Origin: an uncultured Clostridia bacterium
GTDB lineage: Bacteria; Bacillota; Clostridia; TANB77; CAG-508
Assembly (NCBI GenBank): GCA_947632185.1
Contig: CANROH010000002.1
Location: 1 to 55,117, forward strand
DNA length: 55,117 nucleotides
Reading direction: 5' to 3'
This document shows positions 1 to 9,541 of the stretch, piece by piece (position 1 is the stretch's first letter; the number at the start of each line of letters is the position of its first letter). A program made the translations under genes and the position numbers. Under the pieces are notes generated by a model. It was not told the DNA's origin, searched no databases, and saw nothing but the letters and a program-made list of their open reading frames with translations.

Positions 1-513
1 TAAAAATGAACAGCAACATAATTCTCTTCCACAGATCCCATTTCCGCCACATCTTTTTACTTCATCTCTTACTCCTATTTGACGAAGTTCTATTCTTGTC
101 TTAAAAACAGATGCTAAATCTTTTACTAATTCTCTAAAATCAATTCTTTTATCAGCTGTAAAATAGAAGATTACTTTACTTCCATCATATTTATATTCAA
201 CATCAACAAGCTTCATTGGAAGCCCATGCTTTTCTATCTTTTCTAAACATATTTTAAATGCGTCTTTTTCTTTAGCTTTATTTTGCATACGCATTTTTTT
301 ATCTTTCTCTGTAGCTATTCTAACAACCTTTTTTAGTGGTTCAGTAACTTCATTATCATCTATTTTTTTTCTTGCAATTACTACTTCTCCAAATTCTTCG
401 CCCATAGCTGTATCAACAATAATGTCCATACCTTTTTCTATTTGTAAACCTGCTGGATCAAAATAATATATTTTTCCAGGTCTTTTGAATCTAACACCTG
501 TTACTATTTTCAT
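1..513 (-). CDS. yaaT: PSP1-domain protein (YaaT/RicT-like); its 3' end is cut by the window edge
   Basis: Not in the ORF track because it runs off the edge. My translation from the ATG at 513 reads MKIVTGVRFKRPGKIYYFDPAGLQIEKGMDII...RIELRQIGVRDEVKRCGGNGICGRELCCCSFL. This is PSP1/YaaT-like, including the C-terminal Cys cluster. The gene order holB-yaaT is typical of Firmicutes. The start overlaps the holB stop. Confidence 0.8.
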   Translation of the reverse strand, partial: MKIVTGVRFKRPGKIYYFDPAGLQIEKGMDIIVDTAMGEEFGEVVIARKKIDDNEVTEPLKKVVRIATEKDKKMRMQNKAKEKDAFKICLEKIEKHGLPMKLVDVEYKYDGSKVIFYFTADKRIDFRELVKDLASVFKTRIELRQIGVRDEVKRCGGNGICGRELCCCSFL

Positions 514-1399
514 TTAATTCCTCCCACATTTCAAAAAGCAAATTATCAATACTCATATCAAAATTACTATTGCACCTAATTCTGTTAGCACATTCATTAA
601 CATATTGAATACAATCTATATATTTATTATTTTCACTTGCTTTTGAATATAAACAAATAATTATATAATCTAACACATCATAGATATTTTCTTTATCAAA
701 AATCATTTTGGCATTGTTTAAAATATCTATAATATTTTTTTTATTTAAATCCGATATCAATATATCTATATAATTATATCTTTCCCTATTATCCTTAAGT
801 TTAATAGCTTTTCCAATACTTCCATCAAATGCTTTAAGTAAATTTTCTGATATATCATTATAGCCTAAATTAATTATAGCATATTTTTTTAGTTCCTCAT
901 TTTCTATATTACGAAATTTTACAGTCATACATCTAGATTTTATTGTATTTAATATTGCATTTTCATTTGATGAAATTAAAATTATAACAATAAATTCTGG
1001 CGGTTCTTCTAATGTCTTTAATAAACAATTTTGAGCTTCTTTAGTCATTTTATCACAATCATTTATTATATATACCTTTTTTGAAGAAATAATAGGTTTT
1101 TCTATAATTTTTTCTGTCAATTCTCTTATTGTATCAATCTTAATATTTTGTCCTTCTTCATTTATACAATAAAAATCTGGATGGTTATTACTCTTAAAGC
1201 ATACACAAGATTTACAATTACATGATAAATCATTATCCTGCATACATAATATTTTTCTAGCAAATTCTTTTGCAATTAATAATTTTCCTATTCCTTCGGT
1301 ACCTAAAAATAAATAACTATGTAAAATATTTTTTTGTTTAATACTTTTGATTAGATAATCTTTAACTTCTGCATTACCAATAATATCATTAAATTCCAA
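491..1399 (-). CDS. holB: DNA polymerase III delta-prime subunit
   Basis: AAA+ clamp-loader motifs GTEGIGKLLIAKEFARKILC, a Cys module CNCKSCVCFKSNNHPDF, and KTLEEPP. TTG start preceded by AGGAGA. Confidence 0.85.
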   Translation of the reverse strand: MEFNDIIGNAEVKDYLIKSIKQKNILHSYLFLGTEGIGKLLIAKEFARKILCMQDNDLSCNCKSCVCFKSNNHPDFYCINEEGQNIKIDTIRELTEKIIEKPIISSKKVYIINDCDKMTKEAQNCLLKTLEEPPEFIVIILISSNENAILNTIKSRCMTVKFRNIENEELKKYAIINLGYNDISENLLKAFDGSIGKAIKLKDNRERYNYIDILISDLNKKNIIDILNNAKMIFDKENIYDVLDYIIICLYSKASENNKYIDCIQYVNECANRIRCNSNFDMSIDNLLFEMWEELNENSNRC

Positions 1400-1409
1400 T
1401 TATTTTCTC

Positions 1410-2039
1410 CTAATCTATATTGCCAAATTCACTAAATGGCCAAAATCTAAAACAAACAACGCCTTCTACTTTTTCTAAAGGGATACAACCAAGTACTCTA
1501 CAATCTGTACTTTTGGTTCTATTATCTCCCATTGCAAAAATATATCCATCTGGGACTATAAAATCATTAAAAACTTCTGATTCTGTAAATACATCTTCTT
1601 TTAGGTATTCTTCCTCTAATGGCTCATCATTTATATATATTACATTATCCTCTATTTTAACATGATCTCCACCTATAGCAATAACTCTTTTTATATAACT
1701 TTTTTTAGTTATCTCTAAAACGTAATAAACAAATTTTGATACAATATTTTTAGGTTCATTATCATATACCGCAACTGGATTAGTTTGATCTTTTTCCCAC
1801 TTTGAATATTCTTTAGTTGGAGCTTCAAATGTAATTATGTCACCTCTTTGAGGTGATTTTTTAGTTATTCTAAAAGTTCTATTTAATATTAATCTTTGAT
1901 TTTCTTGCAAAGTTGGGAACATTGATCTTTGTTTTACAATAGTTGGCGTTGCTATAAAATATCTAAATAATAAAGCAAGAACCAAAGCAATTACTATGCA
2001 ATATATCCATTCTATAATATCTTTTACTCTTTCGTTCAT
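1410..2039 (-). CDS. lepB: Signal peptidase I
   Basis: N-terminal TM segment, catalytic-Ser box SMFPTL, and GDNRTKSTDCR (GDNRxxSxDSR-like box). I chose the start at MNERVKD because an AGAAGG RBS lies 8 nt upstream; the ORF track extends to 2078. Confidence 0.9.
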   Translation of the reverse strand: MNERVKDIIEWIYCIVIALVLALLFRYFIATPTIVKQRSMFPTLQENQRLILNRTFRITKKSPQRGDIITFEAPTKEYSKWEKDQTNPVAVYDNEPKNIVSKFVYYVLEITKKSYIKRVIAIGGDHVKIEDNVIYINDEPLEEEYLKEDVFTESEVFNDFIVPDGYIFAMGDNRTKSTDCRVLGCIPLEKVEGVVCFRFWPFSEFGNID

Positions 2040-2124
2040 TATTTTGCCTTCTTTCATATTTTCAAACGCATTATACATTACTTTACTATCTTTTTCAAGT
2101 AAATTAACTTTTTATATTCTATTA

Positions 2125-2832
2125 CTATACATTCTGTTTAGTAGATTTTTTTCCTTTTTTATATTCTTTTTCTGATTTTTCTTTTTGTTTCTTATTTGAT
2201 TTATTTTTTGTATTTATCTTAGCTTTTGCTATAGTTTTCTCAATTTCCTCTAAATCGATATCTTCTTCTGTTTTATTATTCTCACTTTTTTTATCATTAG
2301 ATGTGTTTCTCAATATTCCTGTTTTAAAAACCATTGTCATATCATCTAATTTATCATTCCTATAATTTATATTTTTTCCAATTTCTACTTTTTCACTATA
2401 ATCTTTTTTAATTGTATTAATTAGCTCAGTTTTTTGTTCTTCATTAACCTCATTTTTACTGTTTTTTGCTTTTTCTTCAACATATACTTTTTGCACATTA
2501 GTATCTAAAAATTTATTCTGGTAATAATCTTTTTTTAAATTTTCCTTATACTTATTATATGTTTCAGAATACATAGCATCAACTTCTTTAATTTTATCTT
2601 CTGATTCTAGATTCTTAGTATTTTTATTTTCTTCAGACAATTCTTTTTCATCAGCTTTATAATTTAAAAATAATACTAAAACAATTAAAGCAATTGAAAC
2701 TAAAAAGAAAAATACTTTTCCTATTTCAGAACTGTTTCTAGCTACATATGTCCCATTTGTTGCAGCAAAAGTATTATTTGCATAAAGTATAATTGTACTT
2801 AAAATAAACAAAAATTTTTTAAACATTTTCAT
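2125..2832 (-). CDS. Hypothetical K/E/N-rich secreted or membrane protein
   Basis: ORF with an N-terminal signal (FILSTIILYANNTFA), a second TM segment, and a low-complexity lysine/glutamate-rich tail. Probable start is MKMFKK after AGGGAGA. Confidence 0.5.
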   Translation of the reverse strand: MKMFKKFLFILSTIILYANNTFAATNGTYVARNSSEIGKVFFFLVSIALIVLVLFLNYKADEKELSEENKNTKNLESEDKIKEVDAMYSETYNKYKENLKKDYYQNKFLDTNVQKVYVEEKAKNSKNEVNEEQKTELINTIKKDYSEKVEIGKNINYRNDKLDDMTMVFKTGILRNTSNDKKSENNKTEEDIDLEEIEKTIAKAKINTKNKSNKKQKEKSEKEYKKGKKSTKQNV

Positions 2833-2842
2833 ATATTTCTCC

Positions 2843-4303
2843 CTATTCTTCTGTATTTTTTTCTTTAACATTTTTTGTTTGTTTTGTTGGTATCCTTATA
2901 ACAACTTCTGTTCCTTTTCCAAGTTCACTTTTTATATCAATCATACTATTATTTTGATCTAATATCTCTTTTGCTATAGAAAGCCCTAGACCGGTTCCTC
3001 CCATTTCTCTAGTACGAGCTTTATCTACTCTATAAAATCTTTCAAAAATTTTATCTAAATCTTCTTTTGGAATTCCAATACCTGTATCTATTATTTTAAT
3101 ATATGCATCATTATAAACAAATCCTACATATCCTTTTATAGAACCTTTTTCAGGAGTATATTTTATTGCATTTGAAAGTATATTAATTATAACTCTTTCT
3201 ATTCCATTTTTATCAGCATATACAAGAGGCACATTAGCAGTAACAAAACATTCTGCATTTTGCTCTTTTTTCTTCATTTCTATTTCCATGCCATCAAAAA
3301 CATATTTTACAAGTTCTCCCAAATCAAATTCTGTTTTTTCAATCTTAGCTTTTGAAGTATCATATCTAGAAAGTGTTAATAAATCACTAACTAAACGTGA
3401 CATTCTTTCTGCCTCACTTGAAATTCTCTCTAAAAACTTTTTGCTTGTTTCTCCATCTACTTCGTTTTCAAGTAATGTATCTGCATATCCCATTATTGAA
3501 GTTATTGGTGTTTTTAATTCATGAGAAACATCTGCTACAAATCTTTTTCTCATAGTATCTAGTTTTACATGTTCTGTAATATCCTGTATAACAACTATTA
3601 CACCTGCTGGTCTATCATTTTCATTTTTAAAAGGTGCAAAAAATAAATTTATTGTTCTATCCTCTACATTTATTTTTTGTTCTGATGATGTCCAATTTTC
3701 CAAATATATAATTTTCTCTAAATTTATATCAACATTATACTTTTCAAATATTTGTTCAAAGCTTTCAGCATTTTCAATATTCAAAAATGTTTTTGCCGCA
3801 GGATTAATATGAATGATTTTTCCACTTATATCAAAAGCTATAATACCATCTGTTATATTAAGTAGAATTGTTTCCATTTGCTTACTCTGTCTTATTGCTT
3901 CATTAAGATTTTCTTTAAGTTCATTATTCATAACATCAAAAGCATAAACTAAATCATTTATTTTTCTTTTTTTATTATTTTCATATTTTGTTTTTTCATT
4001 TCTAGTAGCATTTTCTACCGTTCTAATTAAATTTGATATTGGCAAAAAAATTGATTTTGACATTATAATTCCAATTATTATCGCCAAAATAACAAATATT
4101 ATTAAAAATAAGCATATCATCATTTTCATTTGATAAACTTGTGAAGCTATAATATTATTCATTTCTGTAGTTTGTGAAATTTGTATAACACCATTACTTA
4201 TATTTTGCAAATTATAAATAGCAACTATTCCTAAAGTCGAAATAGTAATTATACCAATTATTGTAAAAACGAGAACTATTTTAATTTGTATACCTTTTAA
4301 CAT
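2843..4303 (-). CDS. Sensor histidine kinase (TM-HAMP-PAS-HisKA-HATPase)
   Basis: Two TM segments, H-box SHELKTPITSI, and G-boxes DTGIGIP and GGTGLGLSIAKEI. Confidence 0.9.
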   Translation of the reverse strand: MLKGIQIKIVLVFTIIGIITISTLGIVAIYNLQNISNGVIQISQTTEMNNIIASQVYQMKMMICLFLIIFVILAIIIGIIMSKSIFLPISNLIRTVENATRNEKTKYENNKKRKINDLVYAFDVMNNELKENLNEAIRQSKQMETILLNITDGIIAFDISGKIIHINPAAKTFLNIENAESFEQIFEKYNVDINLEKIIYLENWTSSEQKINVEDRTINLFFAPFKNENDRPAGVIVVIQDITEHVKLDTMRKRFVADVSHELKTPITSIMGYADTLLENEVDGETSKKFLERISSEAERMSRLVSDLLTLSRYDTSKAKIEKTEFDLGELVKYVFDGMEIEMKKKEQNAECFVTANVPLVYADKNGIERVIINILSNAIKYTPEKGSIKGYVGFVYNDAYIKIIDTGIGIPKEDLDKIFERFYRVDKARTREMGGTGLGLSIAKEILDQNNSMIDIKSELGKGTEVVIRIPTKQTKNVKEKNTEE

Positions 4304-4352
4304 TCTTTTCTCCTACAAAATAATTTTTACTGATACCTATTTTATTTTTTAT

Positions 4353-4381
4353 ATTATATACTTTGCCCCGCATTTATTCAA
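4353..4381 (-). promoter_or_regulatory. Putative sigma-A promoter for the histidine kinase gene
   Basis: The minus strand reads TTGAAT, a 17-nt spacer (aaatgcggggcaaagta), then TATAAT, about 50 nt upstream of the kinase ATG. Confidence 0.45.
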
Positions 4382-4496
4382 GCAATTTATAATAAAAAAT
4401 AAACGCATTACTAATTATTAATTAATTTGATATTATTTATATTTTTTAAAAAAACAATTCTTATTTTTTGATTTTTAGATGAGTCATTATAATAAC

Positions 4497-4532
4497 AAAA
4501 CTCTCAAGTATATTTACTACTTGAGAGTTTTT
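4497..4532 (-). terminator. Rho-independent terminator downstream of the response regulator
   Basis: Perfect stem ctctcaagta / tacttgagag (4501-4510 and 4518-4527) with a 7-nt loop, flanked by A and T runs. Confidence 0.7.
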
Positions 4533-4548
4533 ATTAAAATTAATTATA

Positions 4549-5301
4549 CTAATTTTTATCTGTAACGTAATATCCTACTCCTCTTTTTGTTATAAGAATT
4601 TTTGGATTTGCTTTATCTTTTTCTATTTTATCCCTAATTCTATTCATTGTAACATCTATTGTTCTAATTGCTCCTACATATTCTTCATATTCCCAAACTT
4701 CACGAAGAAGCATCTCTCTTGTTACAACTTGACCTGGTTGACTAGCCAAATATTTTAAAACATCAAATTCTTTTTTAGTTAAATTAATAACTTCACCTTT
4801 AACTCTAGCTTCAACTTTCTTAAGATCTAAAGTCAAATCTCCAACTTTTATTATATCTTTACTTTCTTCGCTTTTTTGATTATTCATTGAATCCATGTTA
4901 GCATTTAATTCAGCTTTTCTTAAATTAGCTTTAATTCTCGCCATTACTTCTCTTATTTGAAAAGGCTTTGTAATATAATCATCTGCTCCCATTTCTAAGC
5001 CAACAATTTTATCTGATTCTGTATCTTTTGCTGATATCATTAGTATTGGAATATTGGAAATATTTAAAGCATATCTTATTTTTTTACATACAGATATTCC
5101 ATCAAGTTTTGGAATCATTACATCTAATAGAATTAAGTCTGGTTTTTCGTTTATTGCCATTTCTACAGCTGTAACACCATCATAAGCTTCTAATGTATTA
5201 TATCCTTCTTTTTGTAAATTAAATACTAATAATTCCATTATACTTTGCTCATCATCAACTACAAGTATAGTTTTTTTATCTTTTTCAACTATCTCTTCCA
5301 C
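4549..5301 (-). CDS. OmpR/PhoB-family response regulator
   Basis: Receiver motifs VVDDEQ and DLILLDVMIPKLDG, and a winged-helix C-terminus (LTKKEFDVLKYL...GVGYYV). GTG start after AGGCGG. The linker is unusually long. Confidence 0.9.
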   Translation of the reverse strand: MEEIVEKDKKTILVVDDEQSIMELLVFNLQKEGYNTLEAYDGVTAVEMAINEKPDLILLDVMIPKLDGISVCKKIRYALNISNIPILMISAKDTESDKIVGLEMGADDYITKPFQIREVMARIKANLRKAELNANMDSMNNQKSEESKDIIKVGDLTLDLKKVEARVKGEVINLTKKEFDVLKYLASQPGQVVTREMLLREVWEYEEYVGAIRTIDVTMNRIRDKIEKDKANPKILITKRGVGYYVTDKN

Positions 5302-5446
5302 AAAATTACCGCCTTTCTAAAAGAAATTATTAATTTATAGTATCTTTATATCATATTTAACAATTTTGTACAAGTTTTTTTGCAAATTTATTACAAAAAA
5401 TATTATATATTACATAATTTATTACATTGTAACTAATTAAAATTAA

Positions 5447-8400
5447 TTACATAAAAATTTCAATATTATATATTCTTCCATTATCCTGAAGTAATATTTT
5501 CTTATCCTCTATTTCTTCACCATTTATAAGAAACTTATCAACTCCAGTATTTTTACTATTATTATTTCTTACCTTTATCTTGTATAGTGTAGTTTTATAT
5601 TTGTATTGAATTTCATATTCTTTCCAATCTCTTTTAATGCATGGCTCAATTTTTAAAAATCCATCTTCAATTTTTAATCCTAAAATAAATTCCAAAATAG
5701 CCTTGTAGTACCAACTACTAGAACCTGTATACCAGTTCCAACCGCCTCTTCCAACTAAATCTTTATTACTGTATAAATCAGCTTCTAAGATATATGGTTC
5801 TAATTTAAATCTTTTGGCTTCTTCTTTATTTTTTGAATGTTCAATTGGATTAATAATTTCTGCTATTTCTACAGCTTTATCACCAAATCCCAACATTGCT
5901 TCTGCTATTAAAAGCCAACAACTACTATGAGTATATTGACCACCATTTTCTCTAATTCCAGGTGGATATGACTTTATATATCCTGGATTTATATTTGATT
6001 TTTCAAATGGTGGATCAAAAAGTTTTATAATTTTATTTTCCTTATCAATTAAATAATTCTCAGCTTCATTAATGGCTATAAATTTCTTGTCATTATCTGC
6101 TGCCCCAGAAATTACAGCCCAACTTTGAGATATACTGTCTATCCTACATTCTTCAGAATTAATACTTCCGATTTCTTCTCCATCATCTGTAATTGCTCTT
6201 TTAAACCATCTTCCATCCCAACCTTTGCTATTTACATTCCTTTTTAATTTCTCCTTACATTCAGTATATTTTTCTACCAAATCTTTTCTATTTCTCTCTT
6301 CACAAATAGGAATAAATTTATTTAAAATATCATATAGAAAAAATGCTAGCCATACACTTTCACCTTTTCCTTTTATTCCAACTTTGTTAAATCCATCATT
6401 CCAATCTCCTACACCAATTTTAGGAAATGTATCAATTCCTTTGTCTAAAACATTTTCTATAGCCCTTATACAATGATTAAATAAGCTTTCTTTTATTTGG
6501 CCTCCATAATACAGATTGTATCTTTCATCCTCATATTCCTTTAAATTTTCTCCATTTAAATATTCAATATTTTCATCTAAAATACTTTTATCATTTTCAA
6601 ATTTAATATAATCAATTGTTGCATATACAAGCCATAGCATATCATCTGAAAATCTAGTTCGTATTCCTCTTTTAGTTTCATTATGCCACCAATGAAGAAC
6701 ATCACCCTCATAAAATTGGTGTCTTGCACAATTTATTATTTGCTCTCTTAAATATTTTGAATCAATATATTTAATTCCTAAACAATCTTGTAATTGGTCT
6801 CTAAATCCATATGCTCCACCTGATTGATAATATCCTGTTCTACCAATTACTCTACTTGCCAAAGTTTGATAAACTAGCCAACCATTCATCATTATATTTA
6901 AACTTTCAGAAGGTGTCTTTACTTTTATAATATTTAATATATCTTTCCATTTTGTTTTTGTCCTATCAAGTTCGGATTCCACCATATTTGGTTCATCATA
7001 TTTTTGTTTTACATCTAAAATATTATTATTACTATTTTCTTCACCTATTATTATATAAAACTCTTTATCTTCAAATTTTTCAAACTTTAGTAAAAATTCG
7101 ATTCCAACACATGAGTTTTTACCAAATCCAGATTCATTATTTAAAACTGTATAAAGTCCATCAGGATCCAAAATATTTCCATTTCCAAAGAAATTTTCTT
7201 TTTCTCCTGTAAATGAATTTATTTTAATATTACTTGTTACATACATAATTCTATTTTTAAAATTTTCTTCTGTAAAAACATTTTTAATTTTTAAAATATT
7301 TTGTTGTTTTTCTACATATAGATTACCATTACTAATATATTCGTCCTCACCAAGTACAGTTTTTATATAAACTAATAATTTAATATTTCTTTCTTCATTT
7401 ATAAGATTTTTTACTTTGAATTTTAATATCTTAAGTGACTCTTCATTCGGTACAAATATTTCCAATTCTTGTTTTAAATTATCATTTAAATTTTTTACTT
7501 CTGTATATCCAAATCCATGAGTTATATAATAATAATTTTCATTTGGAATCACTCCAGAGTTTAAAGTCCAAATAGATTTATTATCCTCATCTTTCAAATA
7601 AAATATTTCTGACGGAATATCTAAAACCCTATCGTTATTCCATGCTGTAAGTCTATTTAATCTACTATTTCTACTCCAAGTATATCCACCTAAGTTATCA
7701 GTAACCACTGTACCAAAAAAGTTATTACATAGTATATTACACCACACTGATGGTAAAATATTTTCCATATTTTTGTAAATTAAATATTCTTTTCCATCTG
7801 CAATAAACCCTCCATATGAATTATCATATTTCATATCTTCTTTTTTTAGAGGATAAATCTCTTCATTTAGTGTCATAGCTTTTTCTCTTTTTACTTTTAT
7901 TTCGTTTAATTCTTGCTCTTCAAATTCTTTTATATGTGACTCTATGCCACCATTTGCTGAATTAATTATTATTCTTGCTTTAAATTCAATTACATCTAAA
8001 TCTTCTTTTAAAATCTCATCTTTATTTAAAATAAAAATACCTGTATTTATATCTTTTAAATATGCTAATTGTTTATTTGAAATCACTTCATTTATAGAAT
8101 CTTTAACAAATCTTTCATAAACATCTATTTCTTCATTTAAAATAATTAAATCTGTAAATATTTTTTTAGCACGGTAATATTCAAAAGCATTTATAATTTC
8201 TTCAACAACATATATATCTTCGATATTTTTTATTTTTACTAGTATAATTGGATTATCTCCTGAAATTCCAAATTTCCATAAACTATCTATTTGGGCATTT
8301 TCTAAAATTTTATTATTTTTCAAATAATTCAAATTTAGTATATATTTTAATAACCTTACATATAAATCTATTTTTTCTCCGTCTACCTGTAAATATTTAC

Positions 8401-9541
8401 TCTCTTCTTCCACTCTTGCTCTTGCTATATTTAAAATTCTAATAATTTCCTCATCACTTTTGATATTTTCCAAATTTTCAATTGCCTCTTGTTTTGTATC
8501 TGAAACTGAAATTAAGAAATTTACATTTGCAACTTCTTTTGCTCTAATTTTTATAGTTCTTTTCATTGCTATAATAGGATCAGTAACTTGTAAAATTTCT
8601 TTTGAAAAATTTTTTGGCTCTTTAACCATTTTAGAAATTCCTAAATTTTCTCTTCCCAAATATTTTTCTTTATCAATTTCATATTCAAAATTAACAATCT
8701 GTTCATTTTCTGTGTATAAAGTAGTAGCTAGATACTTATTTTCATACAAATCCCTATCTTTTTTTTCAAAAATAATATTTTCATTTGATTCTTCAAATTT
8801 CATAAAAAGTTTATTAAAAGCAGGATGTGAATACTCTTGCATTTTTTTTGATAACGAAGGTTCAAAGTCAACTATAACTTCTAAAAATTCTTCTTGATTT
8901 CCTAAATTTTCAATTTCAATTCTTCTAATTTCAATTGCTTTATTGGGGTCTAAACTTACTATTTCTTCTATTTTCAAATTATTTTCTTGCTTTATAAATT
9001 TAGCTTTATCTGGAGAAAAAACAACTTTCGCATTCTCTTTTGTATCTATAATTTTTTTGCTCTTAACATTTTTTATATAACAATTCATTCTCTGTTTTAA
9101 TTCTGATGTTCCTTTATAATTATTTACCATTAAATTCTCATATTCACTAATACTATCTCCAAAATCATCTATAGTAATTTTATATTTTTCATTAGATATA
9201 ACATTTACATTTCTATAAATTTTATTTGCATTTTCAATTACTCTTTCAACATAAGAACTAACATTTAAATTCTTACTTTTTGTAACTTTTTCTTTTTTCT
9301 CCTTTGTAATTATCATTTGGATTGGCATTCTCTCTTGCAAAAGAATATTTGTAGCTTCTATTTCAGAATTTTTATTAAACCTTTTTTTCAATATATTGTT
9401 ATTTAAAATATTATTTATTGATAATAATATTAAACCTTGATGATGTGCCATGTATGTTTTTACTGGTACTCTCTTTTGATTTCCTACTCTTGAAATAGTA
9501 TAATCTATTGACTCATAAAAACCATATTTACCGTGTTGCAC
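5447..9541 (-). CDS. Cyclic beta-1,2-glucan synthase-like protein, C-terminal part (GH94 glycosyl phosphorylase-like)
   Basis: Opens at a GTG as QHGKYGFYESIDYT. Also has GGYTWSRNSRLNRLTAWNND, YQSGGAYGFRDQLQD and ENGGQYTHSSCW. Overlaps the upstream ORF by 14 nt in another frame. Confidence 0.75.
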   Translation of the reverse strand: MQHGKYGFYESIDYTISRVGNQKRVPVKTYMAHHQGLILLSINNILNNNILKKRFNKNSEIEATNILLQERMPIQMIITKEKKEKVTKSKNLNVSSYVERVIENANKIYRNVNVISNEKYKITIDDFGDSISEYENLMVNNYKGTSELKQRMNCYIKNVKSKKIIDTKENAKVVFSPDKAKFIKQENNLKIEEIVSLDPNKAIEIRRIEIENLGNQEEFLEVIVDFEPSLSKKMQEYSHPAFNKLFMKFEESNENIIFEKKDRDLYENKYLATTLYTENEQIVNFEYEIDKEKYLGRENLGISKMVKEPKNFSKEILQVTDPIIAMKRTIKIRAKEVANVNFLISVSDTKQEAIENLENIKSDEEIIRILNIARARVEEESKYLQVDGEKIDLYVRLLKYILNLNYLKNNKILENAQIDSLWKFGISGDNPIILVKIKNIEDIYVVEEIINAFEYYRAKKIFTDLIILNEEIDVYERFVKDSINEVISNKQLAYLKDINTGIFILNKDEILKEDLDVIEFKARIIINSANGGIESHIKEFEEQELNEIKVKREKAMTLNEEIYPLKKEDMKYDNSYGGFIADGKEYLIYKNMENILPSVWCNILCNNFFGTVVTDNLGGYTWSRNSRLNRLTAWNNDRVLDIPSEIFYLKDEDNKSIWTLNSGVIPNENYYYITHGFGYTEVKNLNDNLKQELEIFVPNEESLKILKFKVKNLINEERNIKLLVYIKTVLGEDEYISNGNLYVEKQQNILKIKNVFTEENFKNRIMYVTSNIKINSFTGEKENFFGNGNILDPDGLYTVLNNESGFGKNSCVGIEFLLKFEKFEDKEFYIIIGEENSNNNILDVKQKYDEPNMVESELDRTKTKWKDILNIIKVKTPSESLNIMMNGWLVYQTLASRVIGRTGYYQSGGAYGFRDQLQDCLGIKYIDSKYLREQIINCARHQFYEGDVLHWWHNETKRGIRTRFSDDMLWLVYATIDYIKFENDKSILDENIEYLNGENLKEYEDERYNLYYGGQIKESLFNHCIRAIENVLDKGIDTFPKIGVGDWNDGFNKVGIKGKGESVWLAFFLYDILNKFIPICEERNRKDLVEKYTECKEKLKRNVNSKGWDGRWFKRAITDDGEEIGSINSEECRIDSISQSWAVISGAADNDKKFIAINEAENYLIDKENKIIKLFDPPFEKSNINPGYIKSYPPGIRENGGQYTHSSCWLLIAEAMLGFGDKAVEIAEIINPIEHSKNKEEAKRFKLEPYILEADLYSNKDLVGRGGWNWYTGSSSWYYKAILEFILGLKIEDGFLKIEPCIKRDWKEYEIQYKYKTTLYKIKVRNNNSKNTGVDKFLINGEEIEDKKILLQDNGRIYNIEIFM

